Positions 40,014-50,019 of a DNA stretch of 64,000 nucleotides are shown piece by piece. The stretch covers positions 118,867-182,866 of the forward strand of contig CAYPID010000002.1 in assembly GCA_964410725.1 (NCBI GenBank), read 5' to 3'. How positions within the stretch are numbered: position 1 is the first letter of the stretch; each line of letters begins with the position of its first letter. The notes under the pieces were generated by a model. That model was given only the letters and a program-made list of their open reading frames with translations, was not told where the DNA came from and did no database searches. The position numbers and the translations under genes were made by a program. The stretch is from an uncultured Saprospiraceae bacterium. Its GTDB lineage: Bacteria; Bacteroidota; Bacteroidia; Chitinophagales; Saprospiraceae.

Positions 40014-42416
40014 ATGGGATATAAAAAATGGGGTGGCTGGATCACTCTCGTGCTTGCTTTCTTTGGTTCGCTTTTAGTCCTCCTTACTTTTCTTGTAAAA
40101 GTAGGTCTTTTTGGCCCTATTCCTTCAGATGAAGAATTGGCTAATATTCAAAATAATATTGCCACAGAAATCCTAGATAAATCCAATATTGTAATTGGAA
40201 GATTCTACGTGGAAAATAGAATTAACGCGCGCGATGAGGAGATTTCTGAAAGGATCGCCCAAACTTTGATTGCGACAGAAGATGCCAGATTCTTCAACCA
40301 TCGTGGTATAGATTTGAGAGCTTGGGCGAGAGTATTTTTTAAAACTATTCTTTTGTCCAATAGCAGTTCAGGAGGAGGAAGTACCTTAAGTCAACAATTG
40401 GCTAAAAACCTTTATCCTAGAAAAAGTTACGCTCTTCTTTCTCTGCCTATTAATAAAATCCGCGAAATGCTAATCGCATTGCGGTTAGAAAAAATTTACT
40501 CAAAAGAAGATTTGCTTCGTTTGTATCTCAATACCGTTCCTTTTAGTGACAACATTTACGGGATTAAAACTGCCTCGGCCAGGTTTTTTAATAAACCTCC
40601 ACAAGAACTTAAATTTGAAGAAGTTGCTGTCCTAATTGGGATGTTAAAAGCTAATACTCGATACAATCCTGTACGCAATCCCAATTTGGCATTGGAAAGG
40701 CGAAACACGGTTATAAACCAGCTATATAAAAATGGATATATCAGTGAAAATGAAAGTAAGGTGCTCAAGGAAAAACCTTTGACTTTGAATTACCAGAAGG
40801 AAAAAATGTCCAAAACTTTTGCAGGATACCTCAAGACTCACTTAGAACAAGAGTGCCACTCCTTACTTCATCAAGTCAAAAAAAATACAGGAACTTCTTA
40901 CAATCTCTACACGGACGGGTTAAAAATTTATACAACTATCTCTAACTCTATGCAACGAGCTGCCGAAAAAGCAGTGCAGCAAGAGATAAGTCAGTTACAA
41001 TCAAATTTTGTCAGGGAATGGGGACCACAAAACGGACCCTGGACGAAGCAAGAAGTCATTAAAAAGGAAATAATTTCCTCCAAAAAATATCAACTACTAA
41101 AAAGACAAGGTTTATCCGAGAGAGAAATTGCCACCATCTTCAAGACACCCGTTTCCATGGAGGTCTTTGATTGGTCTCAAGGAAGTAAATCTCTGAAAAT
41201 GAGCCCTTTGGATTCTATTAGATATTATCTATCTCTTCTGAATGTAGGATTTTTGGCTATAAATCCAAAAAGTGGGGACATCCTAGCGTGGGTTGGGGGA
41301 ATCGACCACAGATTTTTTCAATATGACCACGTGAAGTCTAAGCGCCAAGTTGGCTCCACCTTCAAACCCATTTTGTTTGCTCAGGCTCTAGAAAGTGGGT
41401 TACTGCCATGTGATTATATTGCCAACCAACCCATCAACTTTCCAAAATACAACAACTGGCAGCCCAAAAATGCAGACCTCACTTATGGAGGGCTCTATTC
41501 TATGCAAGGGGCTTTAGCACAATCTGTTAATGTAGTAGCAGCAAGAATCATTGAAAGAATTGGGGCGAAAAAGGTTAGCCAATTGGCTATAAATTTAGGC
41601 ATAGAAGACACTCCTGAATATCCATCCATTGCCTTGGGTGCTGTAGATGCTAGTCTTTTGGAAATGGTTAGTGCCTATACCGTTTTCGTCAATGATGGTC
41701 AACAACCGAATCCCAACCTAATTAAAAGAATTGAAGATTACCGAGGCAATATAATTTACCAAGCTCCCCAGCCAACTTTCCGACAAATTATTGAACCGGA
41801 ACACGCGAGAATCATCAATACCTTTTTATCCTCTGCAATAGAAGAAGGAACCGGAAAAAGACTTCGGTGGACTTATCAGATTAAAGGTCCATTAGGCGGT
41901 AAAACAGGAACAACACAAAATCAATCAGATGGGTGGTTCATCGGGCTAACCCCTGATTTAATTGCAGGAGTTTGGGTAGGTGCATCCTCTCCCGAGATTC
42001 ACTTTAAATCTCTTGGAACGGGACAAGGAGCTAATTCTGCTTTACCTGTTTTTGGGAACTTTTTGTCTACCTATTTAAACGGGAAAAGCATATCCGGGAA
42101 TTTTGAAAAACCATCGCAAACCTCACAAGCCCTTCTGAACTGTCCCCCTGTGCTGGAAGAAATAAACATTGCGGACCATATTCAAGAGGCCTTTGCCCAA
42201 AATCCAGATTTCTATCGGTCTGTTCTAGAGTCTATGAATCTAAAAGAAAGTGATTTAGAAAACTTATCACTCGCTCAACCACAGGAATCCAAAGAAGAAT
42301 ATATCAACCGCCTGCAAGAAATTCAAAAAGGAAAAGAAAAAAGAACCGAAAGAAAAAACTTTTGGAGCAAACTGTTATTTAAAAACAACCAAAAGTCTGA
42401 TGAAAACGAAAAATAA
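40014..42416 (+). CDS. Class A penicillin-binding protein (PBP1A-type transglycosylase/transpeptidase)
   Basis: 800 aa with an N-terminal TM anchor and the GT51 motif ATEDARFFNHRGID. Transpeptidase motifs are STFKP (SxxK) and KTGTT. It starts 2 nt after the mnmG stop. Confidence 0.9.
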   Translation: MGYKKWGGWITLVLAFFGSLLVLLTFLVKVGLFGPIPSDEELANIQNNIATEILDKSNIVIGRFYVENRINARDEEISERIAQTLIATEDARFFNHRGIDLRAWARVFFKTILLSNSSSGGGSTLSQQLAKNLYPRKSYALLSLPINKIREMLIALRLEKIYSKEDLLRLYLNTVPFSDNIYGIKTASARFFNKPPQELKFEEVAVLIGMLKANTRYNPVRNPNLALERRNTVINQLYKNGYISENESKVLKEKPLTLNYQKEKMSKTFAGYLKTHLEQECHSLLHQVKKNTGTSYNLYTDGLKIYTTISNSMQRAAEKAVQQEISQLQSNFVREWGPQNGPWTKQEVIKKEIISSKKYQLLKRQGLSEREIATIFKTPVSMEVFDWSQGSKSLKMSPLDSIRYYLSLLNVGFLAINPKSGDILAWVGGIDHRFFQYDHVKSKRQVGSTFKPILFAQALESGLLPCDYIANQPINFPKYNNWQPKNADLTYGGLYSMQGALAQSVNVVAARIIERIGAKKVSQLAINLGIEDTPEYPSIALGAVDASLLEMVSAYTVFVNDGQQPNPNLIKRIEDYRGNIIYQAPQPTFRQIIEPEHARIINTFLSSAIEEGTGKRLRWTYQIKGPLGGKTGTTQNQSDGWFIGLTPDLIAGVWVGASSPEIHFKSLGTGQGANSALPVFGNFLSTYLNGKSISGNFEKPSQTSQALLNCPPVLEEINIADHIQEAFAQNPDFYRSVLESMNLKESDLENLSLAQPQESKEEYINRLQEIQKGKEKRTERKNFWSKLLFKNNQKSDENEK

Positions 42417-44397
42417 CATCCACTATAATCAAGGCTCATTACAGGCCAAAACCTTAATAAATCTTTTTCGGTCGATTCTGTACCCTAGATTAATTGAGGA
42501 AAAAATGCTCATTCTTCTCAGACAGGGAAAAATTAGTAAATGGTTTTCTGGAATAGGACAGGAGGCCATTTCCGTTGGCGTTACCGAAGCCCTTCAAAAG
42601 GAGGATTTAATATTTACCATGCACCGAAATCTGGGAGTTTTTACCAGCAGGTCTGTTCCACTTAATCGCTTAGTCGCTCAATGGCAAGGCAAAATGGATG
42701 GTTTTACCAAAGGTAGAGACCGTTCTTTTCACTTCGGTGCTAAAGATTATGGAATTGTTGGAATGATTTCCCATCTGGGACCTCAACTCTCCTTAGCCGC
42801 TGGAGTAGCACTAGCCAATAAAATAAAAAACGAACCCCTCATTAGTGTTGCCTTTACCGGCGAGGGAGGAACTAGTCAGGGAGAATTTCATGAAGCACTG
42901 AATGTAGCATCTGTTTGGCAATTGCCTGTGATTTTTATTATCGAAAACAATGGGTATGGTTTATCAACTCCAACTAACGAACAATACCATTGTGAACAAT
43001 TAACTCAACGAGCATCTGGTTATGGAATGGATGCCATTAGAATTGATGGTAACAATATCCTGGAAGTCTATCAAACCATCCAAAATATCGCTAATGAAAT
43101 AAGACATAACCCCAAACCGTGGTTGGTAGAGTGTCAAACATTTAGAATGAGAGGACATGAGGAAGCATCTGGCACCAAATACGTTCCCCCTCAAATGCTT
43201 AAAGATTGGGCTCAAAAGGATCCTGTTGAAAATTTTAGGTCATTTCTAATAAATGAAAATATTGCATCGGCCGAACACTTAATTACGATTGAAAATGAAC
43301 TTAAACAATCGATCCAGTCACAAGTAGAACTGGGGTTCTTTTCGGAAGATCCCAACCCTTCTATTTCTGAAGAACTTAATGATGTTTACGCTCCTGTTGT
43401 CAAAAGTTCTAATACACTCCCCTCAGTTGGGAAATCCTCTAGTAAGAGGATGATAGACGCTATCGCTGAAGGTCTTTCTTTAGCAATGGATAAACATCCA
43501 GATTTGATTCTTATGGGTCAGGATATTGCAGAATATGGAGGAGTATTCAAAGCAACTGAAGGGCTTGTTCATCAATTCGGAAAAATTAGAGTACGCAATA
43601 CCCCGCTCTGTGAAAGCGCTATTGTTGGAATTGCCATGGGACTTTCTATCCGAAACATGAAGGCAATGGTAGAAATGCAATTTGCCGATTTTGTTTCTGT
43701 GGGATTCAATCAAATTGTGAATAATCTGGCTAAATCTCATTATAGATGGGGTCAAAACGCTGATGTTGTCATAAGGATGCCCACAGGAGGCGGTGTAGGT
43801 GCTGGGCCTTTTCACTCTCAAAGTAATGAAGCTTGGTTTACCCATACTCCGGGTCTAAAAATTGTATATCCATCTAATCCCAAAGATGCTAAAGGTTTAT
43901 TATTAGCCTCTTTTGAAGACCCCAATCCTATTATGTTTTTTGAGCATAAGGCATTATACAGGAGTCTTTCTGACTTAGTCCCTGAGGAATATTATACCAC
44001 TGAAATTGGTAAAGCATTGGAAGTTACTCAAGGAAATGATATTGGAATTATTACTTATGGTATGGGGGTTCACTGGGCATTGACATGTGTTAAAGAATTA
44101 AATATCCACGCCACTATTTTAGACCTTCGTACGCTTTTGCCTTTAGACTTGGAAGCGATCAAAAACGTGGTTGAGAAAACAGGTAAAATCCTAGTTCTAC
44201 ATGAAGACACTTTATTCGGTGGAATAGGCGGTGAAATTTCAGCCTTCCTTTCAGAATACTGTTTTGAACACTTGGACGCTCCTATCATTAGAGTGGGGGG
44301 ACTAGATACGCCTATTCCATTTGCAAAACCCTTAGAAAATCAGTTTTTACCCCAAGAAAGGCTCAAAGAAGCCATCATTAAATTAATCCAATACTAA
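42400..44397 (+). CDS. Fused alpha/beta E1 component of a 2-oxo-acid (branched-chain/pyruvate-type) dehydrogenase, TPP-dependent
   Basis: 665 aa. The alpha-like half carries the TPP motif GEGGTSQGEFHEALNVASVWQLPVIFIIENNGYG. A linker follows, then a beta-like half (transketolase-like pyrimidine-binding and C-terminal domains). It overlaps the PBP gene by 17 nt. Confidence 0.85.
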   Translation: MKTKNNIHYNQGSLQAKTLINLFRSILYPRLIEEKMLILLRQGKISKWFSGIGQEAISVGVTEALQKEDLIFTMHRNLGVFTSRSVPLNRLVAQWQGKMDGFTKGRDRSFHFGAKDYGIVGMISHLGPQLSLAAGVALANKIKNEPLISVAFTGEGGTSQGEFHEALNVASVWQLPVIFIIENNGYGLSTPTNEQYHCEQLTQRASGYGMDAIRIDGNNILEVYQTIQNIANEIRHNPKPWLVECQTFRMRGHEEASGTKYVPPQMLKDWAQKDPVENFRSFLINENIASAEHLITIENELKQSIQSQVELGFFSEDPNPSISEELNDVYAPVVKSSNTLPSVGKSSSKRMIDAIAEGLSLAMDKHPDLILMGQDIAEYGGVFKATEGLVHQFGKIRVRNTPLCESAIVGIAMGLSIRNMKAMVEMQFADFVSVGFNQIVNNLAKSHYRWGQNADVVIRMPTGGGVGAGPFHSQSNEAWFTHTPGLKIVYPSNPKDAKGLLLASFEDPNPIMFFEHKALYRSLSDLVPEEYYTTEIGKALEVTQGNDIGIITYGMGVHWALTCVKELNIHATILDLRTLLPLDLEAIKNVVEKTGKILVLHEDTLFGGIGGEISAFLSEYCFEHLDAPIIRVGGLDTPIPFAKPLENQFLPQERLKEAIIKLIQY

Positions 44398-44403
44398 TAT
44401 TAT

Positions 44404-44411
44404 TACTTTTG
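44404..44411 (+). promoter_or_regulatory. Candidate -7 box (DUF5606-GT2-YdcF genes)
   Basis: TACTTTTG, 34 nt before ATG 44446. Confidence 0.4.
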
Positions 44412-44445
44412 TACTCTTAACCATCCCTTAATTAAATAATTAATT

Positions 44446-44874
44446 ATGAAATTGGAAAATTTGGTTGCTGTCAGTGGTATGCCTGGCTTATTTAAAATGG
44501 CGGCCAATAGAAGCAATGGTCTCATTATCGAGGACTTAAATACAGGAAAGCACAAGTTTGTTTCCGCTAGAAAACACCAATTTACCCCCTTAGAAACTAC
44601 TGCTATCTACACAGATGATGGAGATTCCACTCCTTTAGCAAAAGTTTTCAGAAATATGTTTGAGCAATTGGAAGACAATCCTCCTTTAGAAGTGACTGCC
44701 AAAGCGGATGAATTGCATGAGTATTTTACTGACATCCTACCTACTTATGATAAAAACCAAGTAAAAACCAGTGACATCCGAAAGGTAATTAAATGGTTTA
44801 CCCTATTAAAAGAAATGGGGTGGACTCCTGAGGAAGAATCGAAAGAAGTATCAGAAGAAGAAAAGGAAAAATAG
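44446..44874 (+). CDS. DUF5606-like small acidic protein
   Basis: 142 aa. The N-terminus MKLENLVAVSGMPGLFKMAANRSNGLIIEDLNTGKHKF matches my recollection of the Bacteroidota DUF5606 family. The C-terminal tail is acidic. Confidence 0.55.
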   Translation: MKLENLVAVSGMPGLFKMAANRSNGLIIEDLNTGKHKFVSARKHQFTPLETTAIYTDDGDSTPLAKVFRNMFEQLEDNPPLEVTAKADELHEYFTDILPTYDKNQVKTSDIRKVIKWFTLLKEMGWTPEEESKEVSEEEKEK

Positions 44875-44884
44875 CCATCCATTC

Positions 44885-45640
44885 ATGTATAAAAACAAAA
44901 AAGTGGTAGCCGTTTTGCCTGCCTATAATGCTGCGCAAACTCTTTCCCAGACTTATGCTGAGATTCCTTTAGAATTGGTGGATGAGGTCATACTTTGCGA
45001 CGATGCCAGCAAAGACGAAACGGTGGCACTCGCTAAAAAGCTGGGAATTGATCATATCATTGCTCATACCACTAATAAAGGATATGGTGGAAATCAAAAG
45101 TCTCTGTATAACCAAGCACTTGCCACTGGAGCAGACATTATTATCATGCTTCACCCTGACTATCAATACACTCCAAAACTCATTCCCGCTATAGTCAATC
45201 TCATTGGTGAAGACTTATACGATGTCGTTTTAGGATCGCGTATTTTGGGAAAAGGAGCCTTGAGAGGCGGAATGCCCCTGTACAAATATATTGCCAATAG
45301 AATTTTGACATTGATTCAAAATATCCTAGTCAATCATAAATTATCTGAATACCACACAGGTTATCGAGCATTTTCGAAAAAAGTACTTTACCAAATCAAT
45401 TTCAATCAAAATTCAGATGATTTTGTTTTTGATAATGAAATGCTATCCCAGATTATCTATAATGATTTTAGGATTGGAGAGGTCAGCTGTCCCACTTCTT
45501 ATTTTGAAGAGGCCTCTTCCATAAATTTTTCAAGAAGTGTAACTTATGGTTTAGGCGTTCTTCGGGTTTCCTTCACGCATCTTTTACAAAGGCTTAAAAT
45601 ACTTGATTTTCCAATGTATCAATCCCCCAAAGCCAAATGA
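44885..45640 (+). CDS. Family 2 glycosyltransferase
   Basis: 251 aa with the GT-A N-terminus VVAVLPAYNAAQTL and DxD-type CDDASKDET. Confidence 0.85.
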   Translation: MYKNKKVVAVLPAYNAAQTLSQTYAEIPLELVDEVILCDDASKDETVALAKKLGIDHIIAHTTNKGYGGNQKSLYNQALATGADIIIMLHPDYQYTPKLIPAIVNLIGEDLYDVVLGSRILGKGALRGGMPLYKYIANRILTLIQNILVNHKLSEYHTGYRAFSKKVLYQINFNQNSDDFVFDNEMLSQIIYNDFRIGEVSCPTSYFEEASSINFSRSVTYGLGVLRVSFTHLLQRLKILDFPMYQSPKAK

Positions 45641-46389
45641 AAATAATTTACGTTATCCTGCAAACCGAATGGCAGCTATTTATACTCTCCATTTTGGTTC
45701 TTGGGTTAACTCTTTTCAAAAAATTGACTTGGGCCCAATGGGTGGGAATTTTATCCTTGAGTTATTTGATCCTTCTATGCAAGACTCCATTGGTAGACAA
45801 TTGGCTTGAAAAATTGGAAAACGAATATCCCCCTTTAGAATTAACCGCATTGGACACCTCTTATGGTTATCGTATTGTTATACTAGGTTCGGGTGCCACA
45901 TACGATCCAGATATTCCTCCGAATAGTTGGTTAGATGCAGTTCTTGCCAAGAGATTCTTAGAAGGGCTCAAATGGCAATCTCAATTGCCTCATTCCACGA
46001 TAGCAGGAATGGCTAGCGCCTTGGAAAGCTCAATTTCACAAGCAGAAATGGTAGCTAAAACTGCCTTGCTATTTGGTGTCCCCCCATCGGATACCTTACA
46101 AATTCCTCAACCAACCAATACCAAAGAAGAAGCGCACTTCCTGTTTCAAAGAATTGGTGCCCAAACTATAATTTTATCAACCAGTGCATTTCACATGCCA
46201 AGGGCAAAAAAATGGTTTGAAAAAGAAGGCTTTAAAGTGATACCTGCCCCAACAGATTACCGCATTAAAAAAGATCCTAAAGGTTCTCACCGCTCCTGGG
46301 CGTGGAACTGGGACAGAATTGATTATTGGAATATTCTAATCCATGAGTGGGCCGGAGCATTTCATTATTGGTTGAGCTCTTCCTCATAA
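45637..46389 (+). CDS. YdcF/ElyC/SanA (DUF218) family protein
   Basis: 250 aa with N-terminal TM segments. DUF218 core: YRIVILGSG..., TNTKEEAHF..., ILSTSAFHMPRAKKWF. The ATGA overlap with the GT2 gene implies coupling. Confidence 0.75.
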   Translation: MKIIYVILQTEWQLFILSILVLGLTLFKKLTWAQWVGILSLSYLILLCKTPLVDNWLEKLENEYPPLELTALDTSYGYRIVILGSGATYDPDIPPNSWLDAVLAKRFLEGLKWQSQLPHSTIAGMASALESSISQAEMVAKTALLFGVPPSDTLQIPQPTNTKEEAHFLFQRIGAQTIILSTSAFHMPRAKKWFEKEGFKVIPAPTDYRIKKDPKGSHRSWAWNWDRIDYWNILIHEWAGAFHYWLSSSS

Positions 46390-47981
46390 TTTTTAACGTA
46401 CCTTCCAGGAAAAACCCCTGTGTGGGCGCCGTTATCCAATACTTGCACTCCATTGACAAAAACATCGTACACACCAGTGGCAAATTGTAAAGGTTCCTCA
46501 AAGGTAGCTTGATCGGCCACCTCTTCAGGGTCAAAAACCACTATATCAGCGTAGTACCCCTCCTTTAGTAATCCTCGATCCTTTAATCCTAAATTTTGAG
46601 CGGGAAGTCCACTTAATTTATGCACTGCTTCCGGTAAGGTAAGCAACTTTTCGTCTCGGGTATACTTACCCAAAACCCGTATGAAACTACCGAAAGCTCT
46701 GGGATGAGTTCTGAAATCCTTACTTATATCTGAATACGATCCGGCATCTGAACAGAAAGACACCCAAGGTATTTGAACTTTCTTGGCTATGTTTTCTTCG
46801 GACATACTAAAATAGATGCACTGAATTCTACTGTCGTCCTCTATAATCAAATCAATAATAGTCTCTTCAGGAGATTGTCCTCTTTGCAAAGCCGCTTCAG
46901 CTATAGTCATGCCTCGATATAACTGTTCCATTGAATCTCTATTAAATCCCACCATCAAAATTCCTGCTGGATCTTGTTCTTCTAATTCCAATCTTATATC
47001 CGCCAATAATCGCTCCCTAACAGCAGGCACCTTCATTCGATTAATCCAAGCCCTATGTCCTCCCTCTTGAACCCAAGTAGGGATTACTCCAGTCAAGCCC
47101 GTAGAACTCGCATTATAGGTATAGATATCTGCCGTGACCCTTAACCCTTCCGATCTTGCTGCTTCCATTTTTTGTATAACACTATCCAACAAATGCCAAT
47201 TAGGTTCCCGGGACGCTTTTAAGTGGTAGATTTCTGCGGGAATCGAGGCCTCTCTAGCAATAGTTAGGAACTCGTCTAGAGCTTCCATTAGATATTTATC
47301 CTCATTTCGCATGTGAGAAATATACTTGCCCTGATACTGTTGAGCCACGCGACAAAGTTCAATTAATTCCTCGGTATCCGCATAATCACCTGGGGCATAT
47401 ATCAGTGAAGAACCTATACCCATTGCCCCTTCAGTCATAGCAGTTTTAACAATTTCTCGCATGCGCTCCAACTCGTCTTTCGTGGCTTTCCTATTCTCAT
47501 ACCCCACCGTTTGTATCCTAACGGTAGCCGCCCCTAAGTAAGAAGCGAAGTTTGTGGAAACTCCATTTTCCTCTAGCTTTTTCATGGCTTCGCCAAAAGA
47601 TACATACCCCTCCTCTCCAGGTTTTCCCTTAGGACCAGCCGATGTACCCTCTCCAAAAACTTCCAAAGTTACCCCTTGTTTGAGGTCACTTAAAGACCTT
47701 CCATCATCCATTAAGGAATTGTAGGCCCAACTGAGCATATTGATAAAACCAGGGCTAATAGCCTTGCCTCCCACGTCTATAATTTGATCAGCCTCTACTG
47801 GGCACTGTTTTCCAACATATACAATTTTGTCTCCCTTAATGACTACTTGTCCATCAAACCCCTCTTGACCTGTTCCATCCAAAATATATCCATTGCGCAA
47901 CACCACATCTCCAACGATTGGTTCTTGAAATGAACAGCCAAAAAACACCACCAAAAGGATCAAGTATATCAGGTATTTCAT
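46365..47981 (-). CDS. N-acyl-D-amino-acid deacylase (D-aminoacylase)-like amidohydrolase lipoprotein, non-canonical metal-ligand set
   Basis: Track ORF is 46365..48140. The lipoprotein signal MKYLIYLILLVVFFGC starts at ATG 47981. Family pattern: VLRNGYILDGTG, GKYISHMRNE, EIYHLKA, FCSDAGS. The usual HxH is replaced (PGFINMLSWAY). Confidence 0.75.
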   Translation of the reverse strand: MKYLIYLILLVVFFGCSFQEPIVGDVVLRNGYILDGTGQEGFDGQVVIKGDKIVYVGKQCPVEADQIIDVGGKAISPGFINMLSWAYNSLMDDGRSLSDLKQGVTLEVFGEGTSAGPKGKPGEEGYVSFGEAMKKLEENGVSTNFASYLGAATVRIQTVGYENRKATKDELERMREIVKTAMTEGAMGIGSSLIYAPGDYADTEELIELCRVAQQYQGKYISHMRNEDKYLMEALDEFLTIAREASIPAEIYHLKASREPNWHLLDSVIQKMEAARSEGLRVTADIYTYNASSTGLTGVIPTWVQEGGHRAWINRMKVPAVRERLLADIRLELEEQDPAGILMVGFNRDSMEQLYRGMTIAEAALQRGQSPEETIIDLIIEDDSRIQCIYFSMSEENIAKKVQIPWVSFCSDAGSYSDISKDFRTHPRAFGSFIRVLGKYTRDEKLLTLPEAVHKLSGLPAQNLGLKDRGLLKEGYYADIVVFDPEEVADQATFEEPLQFATGVYDVFVNGVQVLDNGAHTGVFPGRYVKNYEEELNQ

Positions 47982-48072
47982 AAGATTACTTTTTATAAAA
48001 ATACAACTTATTTTTCCATATCTGCCTTGACGGGATATCTTAAAAGCCTTTGTACTTTTACGAAAAATAAAT

Positions 48073-50019
48073 ATGCGACTCTTCACTGGAGTTCTTATCA
48101 TGCTGTTTTCTACTTTTGGATATGCACAAAAAGGGGTCACTTATTATGCAAAAGGCGAAACCTTATTACTCAAACACCAGTATAAGAAGGCATTAAAGGC
48201 ATTCAAAAAAGTATCAAAGGAAATGCCTGAAATGGCAGCTGCTTATAGAGCACAGGGAATTTGCCACGAACTTCTGAAAGATTTTAAAAGTGCTTCTTCG
48301 GCCTATGAAAAAGCCATCTCCTTGGATAGCTTCCTTTCCAGACCAATGTATTTTGAAACTGGTTTGGCGTACTACAAACAAGGAAATATAGATCAGGCCC
48401 TTCACTATTTTTTATTGTTTGAAAACCTCCTTACAAGGGATAAGGGGCTATTTGATACCCAAGAAGGCTTAGAAAAAAAGAATGAAGAAAGATATGCCGA
48501 ACAATTAAGCAATTATTTAGCCGCTTGCTATCAGGGAAAAGCTTTAGAAAATTTCGAAAGTATGCGAAATGCCATCAACTTAGGGCCGAGCATTAATTCT
48601 CCTGGGGATGAATATTTTCCATACCTCATTCAAGATCATACCCTTTACTATACATCCAGAAAAAAAATAAAAGGTGACGAGAATTTATTTGTCGCGGATC
48701 TTGAAAATGGTAGCTTCAAAAAAGGTGACCCCGTTAATGGCTCGTTTAATACTTCTGAAAATGAAGGGATGGCTACCTGGGTTCGTAACAATAAAAAATT
48801 ATTCTTTACCGCCTGCAATAGAGTGGATTCCCTTAAGGGTTGTGATCTTTGGGAAGGTACTTTCTTGGAGGGAAGGCCCAGTGAATTAAAACCTTTAAAA
48901 GGCTTTTTAAATAGCGATAACTGGGAATCTCAAGCGACGATAAGTTGTGATGGAAGAACTATATTTTTTGCTTCTAATCAACCCGGCGGTTTTGGAGGGA
49001 CAGATATCTGGAAAAGTCAATTAGACGGGACTGGAAATTGGAGTCAACCAATAAACTTGGGTCCAAATATAAATACTAAAGGGGATGAAGAAGCCCCATT
49101 TATTACAAATGACGGCAATACTTTATATTTTTCATCTACAGGACATGTAGGGTATGGAGAACAAGATATTTTTTTCTCCAAAAAAATAAACGGCAATCGA
49201 TGGGGGCCCGCTGTAAACCTGGGAAATAAAGTCAATACCCCTTACCGAGAACTGGGTTTTTTCCTAACCTATGATGGCCAGACTGGATACTTTGCATCAG
49301 ATAAACCAGCAGGAAATGGCGGTATGGATATCTATAAGTTTTCTTTGGATAGTGCATTGTATAGCCCGCCTACCACTTTAGTTCAAGGTGTCCTGGTCAA
49401 TGCCATTACAGAACTACCCATGCAAGGAACCTTAGACATTACTGGATATGGAACTATTCACACAGAAGCGGACGGAACCTTTTTCCTTTGTATTCCCGCT
49501 GACAGTGAAATTATAGTAGATTTCTCTGCCCCCGGATTTAAAACCTATACCGCATCTTTTGAAATTCCATATTGGGACAATAGAAATTTCTTTCCCGTAG
49601 AAATCAGAATTATTCCTTTAGATCAAATCCGAAAAAACGACCAACCTGTTCTGGAAGATACCCCAAAAGAGAAAATCAAAATCATACAATCTTTTAACCA
49701 TACCATTCTATTTGGTTTCGATGATGCTTTGGTAGAAGCCTTGGAAAAAAAGAGATTAATTGATTTCTTAAATTCTTTTCCCGAGGATATTACCATTGAG
49801 CAAGTAGATGTCTTTGGATATGCAGATGATTTTGGAACCACCGATTACAATCTGCAGTTGTCTGAAATGAGGGCTAAAAATGTAGCCCGAATCCTTTTGG
49901 ACTATCAAATAAAAACCAATAATGTCTTTATCAAAGGTAGAGGGGAATTAAGAGGGGCAGGACCCAGATCTGCATTCAGAAAAGTCGAAGTGAAAATAAC
50001 TGGTCATTCCTTTCCCTAA
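48073..50019 (+). CDS. OmpA-family protein with TPR, TolB-like (PD40) beta-propeller repeats and C-terminal OmpA domain
   Basis: 648 aa with a signal peptide and TPR-like N-terminus. It has five repeats of the type N(S/T)...(D/E)..P.(I/L)..DG.T(L/I)(Y/F)F(A/S)S......GG.DI(W/Y/F). The C-terminal domain is OmpA-like (VFGYADDFGTTDYNLQLSEMRAKNV). Confidence 0.85.
   Translation: MRLFTGVLIMLFSTFGYAQKGVTYYAKGETLLLKHQYKKALKAFKKVSKEMPEMAAAYRAQGICHELLKDFKSASSAYEKAISLDSFLSRPMYFETGLAYYKQGNIDQALHYFLLFENLLTRDKGLFDTQEGLEKKNEERYAEQLSNYLAACYQGKALENFESMRNAINLGPSINSPGDEYFPYLIQDHTLYYTSRKKIKGDENLFVADLENGSFKKGDPVNGSFNTSENEGMATWVRNNKKLFFTACNRVDSLKGCDLWEGTFLEGRPSELKPLKGFLNSDNWESQATISCDGRTIFFASNQPGGFGGTDIWKSQLDGTGNWSQPINLGPNINTKGDEEAPFITNDGNTLYFSSTGHVGYGEQDIFFSKKINGNRWGPAVNLGNKVNTPYRELGFFLTYDGQTGYFASDKPAGNGGMDIYKFSLDSALYSPPTTLVQGVLVNAITELPMQGTLDITGYGTIHTEADGTFFLCIPADSEIIVDFSAPGFKTYTASFEIPYWDNRNFFPVEIRIIPLDQIRKNDQPVLEDTPKEKIKIIQSFNHTILFGFDDALVEALEKKRLIDFLNSFPEDITIEQVDVFGYADDFGTTDYNLQLSEMRAKNVARILLDYQIKTNNVFIKGRGELRGAGPRSAFRKVEVKITGHSFP

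Noticed and set aside
49745-49763. In-frame E. coli-type slippery heptamer A AAA AAG in the OmpA-family gene, with a -1 frame TGA five codons later, just before the OmpA domain
   Set aside because: The position is attractive, since a shift would drop the peptidoglycan-binding domain. However, I saw no downstream stimulatory structure. Such heptamers are expected by chance in Lys-rich AT-rich coding DNA, and there is no precedent for this family.
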